From Eledone cirrhosa (lineage: Eukaryota), in NCBI GenBank assembly GCA_964016885.1, contig OZ024740.1, forward strand, positions 421,166,001 through 421,230,000: DNA of 64,000 nucleotides. Direction: 5' to 3'. Below the pieces are notes generated by a model. It was not told the DNA's origin and did no database searches. It saw nothing but the letters and a program-made list of their open reading frames with translations. Shown here in pieces: positions 54,545 through 64,000 of the stretch (within the stretch, counting starts at the first letter, position 1; each line of letters opens with the position of its first letter). A program made the position numbers and the translations under genes.

Positions 54545-56503
54545 ATTAATGTTAGATTTAGGGTTAGTGTTAGGGTAAGTTTTACTGTTAATGGTAAGTT
54601 TATTGTCAGTGACTGTGTTACTGTTAGCATTACTGTCACTGTTAGTGTTACTGTAACTGTTACTCTTACAGTTACTGTCTCCATCAGCGTTAGCATTTGC
54701 ATAAGCGTCTATGTAAGCTTTTGTGTTAGTGTCTATGTAGACTGGTGTTAGCATCTGCGTTAGTGTTTGCGTAAGTGTCAGCATTTGCGTCAGCGTCTGC
54801 ATTGGTAATAGTGATTGTGTCAGCATTTCCCTTAGCGTCTGAGTCAACATTAGTGTTAGCATTAGTGTTTGTTTCAGTGCCTGCTCCTACGTCAGCTTCT
54901 GAGTCAGCATTATCATTAGCGTCCGCGTCAGCACTTGTGTCAGTGTCAGCATTTCCCTCGGTGTCAGCGTTTGCATCAGCGTGCACGTCAGCATTTGCAT
55001 TAGTGTTTGAGTCAGTGTTAGCATCAGCGTTTGCATTTGTGTAGGGGTTAGCATTTGTGTCAGCATCCGCATTCACGTTAGCGTTAACGTCTTTGTCAGC
55101 ATTTCCGTTAGCGTCTGTGTCAGTGTTTCCGTTAGCTTCTACGTCAGTGTTTACGTTAGCGTCTGTGTCAGTGTTTCCGTTAGCTTCTATGTCAGCATTT
55201 CCGACCGCGTCTGTGTCAGCGTCAGTATTTACATCTACATCAGCGTCAGCGTTTCAGTTAACGTCAGCGTTTACGTTAGCGTCTGTGTCAGCGTTTACGT
55301 TAGCGTCTGTCAGTGTTTACGTTAGCTTCTACGTCAGCGTTTCCGTAACGTGTACGTCAGCGTTTTCCGTTAGCATTAGTGTTTCCATTAACCTTTCCTG
55401 TGGCGTCCGCATCATTGCAGCGTCTGCATATCCCATGTAAGCGTTAACTTCAGCATTTGCGTCAGCGTTAGCGTTAGCCTTAGCCCTAGCGCCCGCATCA
55501 GCATTTGCGTTAGCGTCAGCATACACGTCAGCGCCGGCAAAACTGCCTCAACATTTGCGTCAGCGTTAGCTTGGCTTTGGCTTTGGCAATCCGCATTAGC
55601 AATTGCGTTTTGGAGATCAGCTTCGGCGGTAAGGGTAAACGTTAATTTCTACGCCTGCATCTACGTTAACAACTACGTCAGCGTTTTGTTAGCTTCTACG
55701 TCAGCGTTTACGTTAGCTTCTACGTTAGCTTCTACGCCAGCTTCTACGTTAACATCTACGTCATCGTTACGTTAGCTTCTACATGAGCATCTACATTAGC
55801 TTCTACGTCAGCGCTTACATTAGTGTCTGTGTCAGCGTTTGTGTTAGCTTCTACGTCAGCGTCTGTATTTACATCTACATCAGCGTCAGCGTTTACATTT
55901 GCGTCTGTGTCAGCGTTTACGTTAGCATCTGTGTTAACGTGTGTTAGCATCTGTGTCAGCGTCTGCGTCAGCATTTTCATTAGTGTTTGCATCAGTGTTT
56001 CCTTTAGCTTCTACGTCAATGTTTACGTCTGCGTTAAGGTTCACATTAGCATCGCTGTCAGCATTTGCGTTTGCTTTAACATCTGCATCAACATTTGCGT
56101 CTGTATTTGCATTAGTGTTTGCATTTGCTTTAGTGTTTGCATCAGCGTGAGCATTTGTGTCAGTGTCCACGTCAGCGTTAGAGTCTGTGTAGCATTTACA
56201 TCAGCGTGTGCGTCAGAGTCTTTGTCAGCATTCGCCTATGCACCTGCATCAGTATTCACGTTAGTGTTTGTGTCAGCGTAAGCGATTGTGTCAACATTTG
56301 CGCTAGCGTTTGTGCCAGCATAGCCATCTTCGTCAGTGTCAGCGTTGGCGTTAGTGTTAGTGTTTCCATTAGTGTTCGTGTTAGTGTTTGATTTTGTATT
56401 AGTGTTTGTGTTCAGGTTAGTGTTAGTGTTTGTGTTAGTGTTCAGGTTAATGTTGACTTAGTTTTCTGGTTAGTGTTAGTTTTCAGATTAGGGCTCGTGT
56501 TAC
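54545..56503. repeat. Degenerate hexamer-periodic array (GTTAGC/GTCAGC/GTTAGT), resuming at 58471-58510
   Basis: 6-bp periodicity gives Ala/Asn/Thr/Asp-type pseudo-ORFs in several frames. Confidence 0.85.
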
Positions 56504-58470
56504 TGTAGCAGTTGCCTCCCTTGTTGTGACACTCACAACACCATCTAGACAGGAAGTAGAACCCTTTCTGTAACTTCCGGTCAGAACCCTATAAAACTAA
56601 CAACTTTAAGTTCTCACTCTCTCATTTGCCCTTCCGGCGCTTGGCCTTCGCCAGGCGTCTCCTGCCAGCCGCGTTTGCCTGGCAATCAAAACGGTAACTA
56701 CTAACTTTGCTTCATTCTTTCGTTTATTCATTGACATGTAAACTATACTGTTAATTAAATATTATACACACAAACCATGTCTCCTTGTTACATTCATACA
56801 CACTAGTATCTTTCTATATTGATAACCCTGACGTGATACGAACACGCAGGCGTTCATTGTTATAAGTGGTCACCCCGAAAAAAGAAAAAAATAGCAGAAT
56901 CTGGTGTTGTGTGAGTAACAAACATTACGAATACACAGCAAATTTTATTGACAAACTATGAAAATACGCAGTCAAAGAAACGGACATGTGAAATTTTCGC
57001 ACAGACAGACTTTTTCTCTCACGCATCAACTAACTGTCGTATTTCACGATATATATATGTTTCTCGTTTCTTACAACGAACACTTTCAAAACAAAAAAAA
57101 AAAAAAAAAGAAATTTGATATTTTTTTGTTTAAAAACATTTCAACAGGAACATTTATTTTCGATGAACCATTGCCTTTTTTTCATCGTTTTCTTCATCGT
57201 TCAAGTTTTTTTTTTTTTTTTTTTTTTTTTTCAAAAGTTCACAACAATAATTATGCTGAGTGAAGCCTTTCTTTTTCTTCATTGTCACTTTCACACTTGC
57301 ACTATCATTTTCTCGCGCGTTAGAATTATTATTTTTTCAACCTCACTTAACCTTGTATTGGCACGTGTAGGCAGCACAAATTCTCAACTCACGGAGATAT
57401 CTCGACTCACAGAGATAGCCGCACGCCAGAGATAACGTTTCTCGCCAAGGATTCTTCAGCCTTAAGCTATATTCTCCTATTTGCCGGTTTAAAAATTTAC
57501 CACGTAAATTTGCCGTTGAAAACTGCGCATTTATTCAGAATGCTTATTTCTTTGGTCGCTGGCCTCTTGACCCTTCCAGGTCAACGCATTCTCAACATCG
57601 ACCATCAACTTCGGCTGTTATTTCTAACACTTTGCGCAACTCATTTTTTCCGAAAAAATTTTTTTTACTGTGAATTTAAACACCGAATACGCTCACTCCG
57701 CGAGACAACAACATCAACAGCAACACAGCTTCACCAACAACCAAAACCAGCAGAACAAGCCAGAGAATTTATTTTTGCAGCACTCTTCCTGTGAGAAAAT
57801 CCATTCGGAGGTTGGAAATTTCACGATATACCACAGAACAGAAACCACCTGCATTCATTCTCTGGAACACACTTTCTTTCCTGCTGTCATGTGATTGCAC
57901 ACCTGTGAACTATATTTTGTACATTTGAACTTTGAGCTCTTCTCTTACTTTATTACATTGTATCTTTGGGTGATGGATAGATAGATGTCCAGTCGTTCTC
58001 TGGCCAAGAGCGGTTGGCTACCTTGATATCTATCATTGATTTTTGCAAACATTCTTTTGTCGTAATTTTCATGCCTGTTACAACATTCTCGCCAACTTGC
58101 TACATATTTCATTCGATTTTTATATTCTAAAATTCTGGCGGGAGGTTATGTAGCAGTTGCCTCCCTTGTTGTGACACTCACAACACCATCTAGACAGGAA
58201 GTAGAACCCTTTCTGTAACTTCCGGTCAGAACCCTATAAAACTAACAACTTTAAGTTCTCACTCTCTCATTTGCCCTTCCGGCGCTTGGCCTTCGCCAGG
58301 CGTCTCCTGCCAGCCGCGTTTGCCTGGCAATCAAAACGGTAACTACTAACTTTGCTTCATTCTTTCGTTTATTCATTGACATGTAAACTATACTGTTAAA
58401 TTGTTGATTAAATATTATACACACAAACGATGTCTCCTTGTTACATTCATACACGCTAGTATTTCCGCTT
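56504..58470 (+). mobile_element. Non-autonomous LTR element (5' LTR ~56504-56863, truncated 3' LTR 58149-~58462)
   Basis: ~310-bp near-identical direct repeats starting TGTAGC; PBS-like tggtcaccccga at ~56867; purine tract ggcgggagg before the 3' LTR; no coding domains inside. Confidence 0.8.
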
Positions 58471-59286
58471 CGTGTTACTTTTAGTGTTAGTGCTCAGGTT
58501 AGTGGTTTATGGTAGTATAACGGCGGCGAAGATTCGAAACCGAATCTGAGCTTTCCCACCTCTGGGACAAGCCCTGGTAACTTGTTTACGCTCAAGAGAT
58601 TAACCCCTTGGGAGAGGCTAAACACAGGTCAGAGGTGTTTACGCCTGACAGAAAATAGGTCAGAGGATATATCCATCTTTCTGACTTGTTTACGCTTGGC
58701 AAACTAATCCCTTGGGAGACTAACCAAAGTTCAGAGGATATATCTATCCTTCTAACTTCAACTCTTATAAATACAGGGATTGTTTACGCCTCGAGTAGAA
58801 AAGAAGTGAGACACAGACAAGACAAGTCGTTTTTACAAGCTCTCGTCACGAAAAACCAGTCTGCCACTTATTCTCACCTTCCTGGCTGATCGCTGACTCC
58901 TGCAATACAAATAAGTAAATATACTGATACGCTGCACACACGCATTCATAGTGAGTCCAGCATTTGTACACGCACCATTCATTTCTGTTTACACATATTA
59001 TAATCGTATTCTGTGATACTTGAATTTACGTGGCTCGAAGAGTCACCAAATTATTGTATGAATATTTTGTGTCAATTATTTTATCATTCAATATTCAAAT
59101 TGAATATTGTTGTAATAAAATAAACCTTGTAACAACACAATCCTGGTATTTTTCTTTACATCGAAACCACCATACCAACAGTTACATCCATCCATCCACT
59201 TATCGTTTCAACCACACATAATATTCCGTTACAACTGGTGACCCCATAAAACAGACACACAACCTTCTGATCATCCACTACAAACG

Positions 59287-60153
59287 ATGTCTCTAGCACA
59301 CGACGATTCATCAGCGGCAGAAATGGCAGTCAGGGCGGCATTTACATTAAGGATTCCAACATTCTGGCTACACGATCTAACACTGTGGTTCGCGCACATC
59401 GAAGCGCAGTTCGCATCGAACCGGATCGTTAGCGAGGCATCCCGTCTCACACATGTCATCAGTTCGATGTCTCCGGAGATTATGAATGAGGTTCGAGACC
59501 TCATTTTAGCACCACCCGGCTCTGTGTCATATGACACATTTAAAAGAACATTAGTTAAGCGGACGTCGGAGTCGCAGCAGAAGCGCTTGTACCAGCTACT
59601 CATATCGGAGGAATTAGGAGATAAAAAGCCGACGCAACTCCTACGGCAAATGAAGCAGCTTCTGGGAGAACATAAACTCCCGGATGAAATTTTCCAGCGT
59701 TTACCTTCTGCCACACAAGTTGTACTAGCATCCACCAGGGAGTCCACCACCATAGAAGAACTCACCGAGCTGGCAGATAAGATCATGGAGGTACCACATC
59801 CGCACTCAAAAATAGCGAATGTGACGCCAGCCGTGCCTTCCACCAATTCTTTCCTTCAGCCCTCCAGTGCCACAGAGACGCCCGATCTACACCAGTTACT
59901 GGCACAGCAAGCAACACAGATACAGGCCTTGACGCAACAAATTCGGGCCTTGTCACTGGGCAACCCTGCCACGCGTCGGTCCAACAGTCGAACTCGCCGA
60001 TTTGGTGGTCGCTCAAGAAGTCCGAGCGCATCTCGAGATTCACCAGAAATGTGTTGGTACCACCAACAATTTGGGAGACGAGCGCAAAAGTGCAGCCATC
60101 CCTGTTCATTTGTTTCGAAAACGAATCAGGGAAACGACACAGCCAGAAACTGA
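59287..60153 (+). CDS. gag: Gypsy gag
   Basis: IPTFW..WFAHIEAQF, LGDKKPTQLLRQM, ELADKIME and CWYHQQFG..C..PC zinc-knuckle-like motif. Confidence 0.88.
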   Translation: MSLAHDDSSAAEMAVRAAFTLRIPTFWLHDLTLWFAHIEAQFASNRIVSEASRLTHVISSMSPEIMNEVRDLILAPPGSVSYDTFKRTLVKRTSESQQKRLYQLLISEELGDKKPTQLLRQMKQLLGEHKLPDEIFQRLPSATQVVLASTRESTTIEELTELADKIMEVPHPHSKIANVTPAVPSTNSFLQPSSATETPDLHQLLAQQATQIQALTQQIRALSLGNPATRRSNSRTRRFGGRSRSPSASRDSPEMCWYHQQFGRRAQKCSHPCSFVSKTNQGNDTARN

Positions 60154-63100
60154 ATGCGACGGACGTTTCTGGCCCTCATAACCAAAGTCGCCTATTTTTC
60201 ATTCAGGATCGTGTCACAGGCACGCGTTTCCTTGTCGACACCGGTGCTGAAGTGAGCATCATCCCGGTTTGCTGCGTTCCTGGAAAAAGGAGAGAGACAC
60301 CAGCCTGGCTCCAGGCGGTGAATCACTCACATATTCCAACCTACGGAGAACAGTCCCTGACACTAAATTTGGGACTACGCCGCACTTTCCAGTGGGTATT
60401 CGTTGTGGCTAAGCTGCCGACCCCTATTTTAGGAGCTGATTTTCTTCAGCACTTCTCGCTGCTAGTGGATCTGAAAAACCAACGTCTCGTTGATAACTCC
60501 ACTGGTCTCGCTGTGCGCGGCATAGCCGCTAGGACAGCCACAGTCAGTCCAGTCATTTCACGATCGACAACAACAACCCGGCACAACCACATCATCAACA
60601 AATACCCAGACATAGCTCGACCACTATTCAACGCTTGCCCTGTAAAACATGACGTCACACACCACATAAAAACACACGGCCCACCTGTCGCTGCACGACC
60701 TAGAAGGCTACCACCAGACCGGCTGAAGTCTGTCAAACAAGAATTTCAGCACATGCTGGATCTCGGCATCATACGTCCTTCCAGCAGCAACTAGTCCTCA
60801 CCCATACACTGTGTACCCAAGAAGTCGTCGAACGACTGGCGAATCTGTGGCGACTACCGTGCACTAAACAACTGCACCGTTCCTGATTCTTATCCAGTGC
60901 CTCATCTACAGGACTTCTCTAGCTCGCTGCACGGGGCTCGTATATTTTCGAAGATCGATCTTGTGCGAGCTTACAATCAGATACCCGTTGAGCCCGCAGA
61001 TATTCCAAAGACCGCAGTCACAACACCCTTTGGAATGTTCGAATTTCAGCGTATGACTTTCGGTTTGCGAAATGCAGCGCAGACATTCCAGCGATTCTTC
61101 GATACAGTCACCAGAGGTCTACCTTTTGTCTACGCATACATTGACGACTTACTGGTGGCCAGCAGCTCCGATGAAGAACATGAGAAACACCTGGACCTCC
61201 TATTCACACGTTTGCGTGAATATGGAATTGTTATCAACCCCAACAAATGTGAGTTCGGAGTTGCGTCCCTTCATTTTCTGGGACACATCATTGACAAAGA
61301 TGGTATTCGCCCACTTAAGGAGAAAGTCAAATCCATCATTGATTTTCCACAACCTACATCTCTCCGCAAACTGCGAGAATTTCTTGGCCTGGTAAACTTC
61401 TACAGAAGATTTATACCCCACTGTGCAGAGACAGCCCAACCACTCACAGATTTGCTGCAGCAGCGTACAACCAAAAACGCAAACATCAAGCTCAGCGAAA
61501 AAGAATGTACCGCTTTCGCTGAGTTGAAGAAAATGTTGTCCGAAGCTACAATGCTGAGTTACCCCAAACCTGACGCCCCAATGTGTTTATTGACTGATGC
61601 ATCCGATTTCGGAGTTGGAGGTGTGCTTCAACAACTCTCTGGCGATATTTGGCGACCTGTATCCTTTTTCTCTAAGCGATTAAAACCCGCCGAAACTAAG
61701 TACAGCACATTCAGTCGTGAATTATTGGCAGCATACCTTGCTGTCAAGCATTTTCGACACATGCTAGAAGGTCGTGTGTTCTCTATATACACCGACCACA
61801 AACCACTAGTGTACGCGTTCAATGCCAAACCTGACCGACACTCACCCAGGGAGGTCCGACATCTGGACTTCATTTCTCAGTACACTACTGATATTCGGTA
61901 CATTAAGGGTGCCAGCAACTCAGCAGCTGGTGCCCTATCGTGCATGGAGCTTAACGCAAACCACACCACTGCCACTATCGACCTCCAGAGGATTGCAGCG
62001 GATCAACAGAATGACGAGGAACTGCTGCAACTCCGGAAATCATCCTTGAAATTGAAGGAATGCCCGCTGCCCTCTTCTTCGAGTTATATTTGGTGCGACA
62101 TCTCCACAGCCCACGAGTGCCCATACGTGCCCCGGAAACATCAACGCGACGTTTTCTCGGCACTGCATTCTCTGGCACATCCTGGCGTCCGCGCCACGCA
62201 GAAACTGATGGTTGCTCGCTTTGTGTGGCCCAACATCAACAAGGACACCCGCGAATGGGCTAGGAACTGCATCGCGTGCCAGAAGGCGAAAATTCACTGG
62301 CACATCAAAGCCCCGATTGGTTCTTTCGCAACACCTGATGCACGGTTCCAACATGTGCATATAGACATCGTTGGACCTTTGCCTCCTTCTCACAACTACA
62401 CCCATCTTCTCACCTGTGTCGACCGATTTTCTCGCTGGCCAGAAGCTTTTCCTCTGACGGATATTACTGCGGAAACCGTCGCCAAAACGCTAGTGTTTCA
62501 CTGGGTTTCGCGTTTCGGCACACCCACGACCATCACTACGGGTAGAGGACGTCAGTTCGATTCGCACCTCTTTACCGAGCTGACTCGTCTCCTCGGGTGC
62601 AAACACATCCGTACAACAGCGTATCACCCTGCCGCTAACGGCATGGTAGAACGCTTACACCGCCAGCTAAAATCATCTATCAAGGCTTACGAAGACTCCA
62701 CTAACTGGTTCGAATACCTCCCACTCATTCTTCTTGGTATTCGTTCCACTGTTAAGGAGGGAGTCGGACATTCTCCGGCTGAAATGGTGTATGGCACCGT
62801 ACTCACTCTACCCGGACAAATGATCGCTCCTGTTTCGCCACAAGAACTTCCAGACCCTACAAAATATGTGCACCGTTTACGGTCATCGATGTCGCATCTG
62901 TCTCCTTCAGCCCCTAAACAACAGCACGTTACTTCACACATACCAAAAGACATCGATACATGGACGCATGTTTTCGTTAGAAATGACGGTATTCCATCGC
63001 AACTTCGTCCGCCGTATTCCGGGCCCTATAAGGTGATACAGAAACGCCTTAAGTATTTCGTCTTCGACTTGAACGGGAAACGAAATACCGTCTCCATTGA

Positions 63101-63311
63101 TCGTTTAAAAAAAGCGTTCATAGAACAGGAATTGCCACCAGTACCCACCGTTTCTCCAGCAGACTCACCAACAACTTTGTCCAACACAAACACGACAAAT
63201 TCTGCACAACCCCGACACACCAAATCCGGAAGAACAGTCCGATGGCCCACGCGATACGTACAAGTTTATCGGGTAAGTACAAATTATGCATCTGGTCGAC
63301 ATTTCGGCTAA
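60129..63311 (+). pseudogene. pol: Gypsy pol (protease, RT, RNase H, integrase), -1 frame to gag, one nonsense codon at 60792-60794
   Basis: FLVDTGAEVS, GDYRALN, YIDD, TDASD..RELLA..YTDHKPL, HHCC zinc finger, DDE core (one Asp reads Gly in TTGRGRQF), GPY; TGG->TAG in SSN(W)SSP. Confidence 0.93.
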
Positions 63312-64000
63312 TTTGTACATTTCAACGAATCGGCCAATTTCTGTGGTCATGAACTATTGTTACACACAAATCAATTAACTCTGTGCATCACCCACATCAA
63401 AAGAACAGACAAAAGAACATTTTTCCGTTTCTATGAAATGAACGAACTTTTAATCAACAAACTTTTCGTACAAACATTTTCAATTTTATGTAACATCACA
63501 GTACATTTTCCTGCATGTAAATTTCTTTTGCTTTGCATGTTTTCTTTCATTTCTCCTGTTTGTAAATGACTTTCATGTGTTTTTTAGTTTTACTGATTTT
63601 CTTTAACAACGCACCTAGTCATACTTATCTTCATTCCACATGGACCTAGATCGTTAAATCTTAGCTTTCTCACTGGAAGGGGGGTACTATAACGGCGGCG
63701 AAGATTCGAAACCGAATCTGAGCTTTCCCACCTCTGGGACAAGCCGTGGTAACTTGTTTACGCTCAAGAGATTAACCCCTTGGGAGAGGCTAAACACAGG
63801 TCAGAGGTGTTTACGCCTGACAGAAAATAGGTCAGAAGATATATCCATCTTTCTGACTTGTTTACGCTTGGCAAACTAATCCCTTGGGAGACTAACCAAA
63901 GTTCAGAGGATATATCTATCCTTCTAACTTCAACTCTTATAAATACAGGGATTGTTTACGCCTCGAGTAGAAAAGAAGTGAGATACAGACAAGACAAGTC

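Larger units (their letters stand above)
58516..64000 (+). mobile_element. Gypsy/Ty3 LTR retrotransposon (5' LTR 58516-59233, 3' LTR from 63688, truncated by the window)
   Basis: PBS tggtgacccc 59236-59245, PPT ggaagggggg 63675-63684, gag then PR-RT-RNaseH-IN order; 3 mismatches seen in the 313 bp of LTR that can be compared. Confidence 0.97.

Noticed and set aside
54499-56391. Ala/Asp/Asn/Thr-rich ORFs resembling antifreeze or adhesin proteins
   Set aside because: By-product of the hexamer repeat; short overlapping ORFs on both strands with frequent frame breaks.

Overview
Eukaryotic, very AT-rich, repeat-saturated window with no recognisable host gene. The SINE/RTE complement and (TA)n/(CA)n content resemble a cephalopod (Octopus-like) genome (inference). 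Bases 1-47.5 kb are a (TA)n microsatellite landing zone packed with Penelope-like retroelements (PLEs, mainly Naiad-type RT+GIY-YIG) and their pLTR fragments. The centrepiece is a ~17.7 kb spacer-less palindrome (24743-42463) made of two head-to-head copies of one PLE: the right copy has an intact 820-aa ORF, the left has one nonsense codon. Folding by eye finds about 20 type I hammerhead ribozyme (HHR) motifs from roughly ten families. They include HHRs whose stem II is expanded into a 55-116 nt hairpin, C3U/G8A compensated cores and a U4A core. Seven independent insertions share a fold-back (inverted 5' arm) architecture. Also present: three RTE-type LINE copies, tRNA-derived SINEs, a Helitron-like end with tandem repeats, a Merlin/ISXO2-like fragment, a degenerate hexamer array, a non-autonomous LTR element and a near-intact Gypsy LTR retrotransposon running off the window end. 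Most ORF-track entries (YIYI/CVCV) are microsatellite artefacts. All RNA structures were derived manually and have not been computed or tested.
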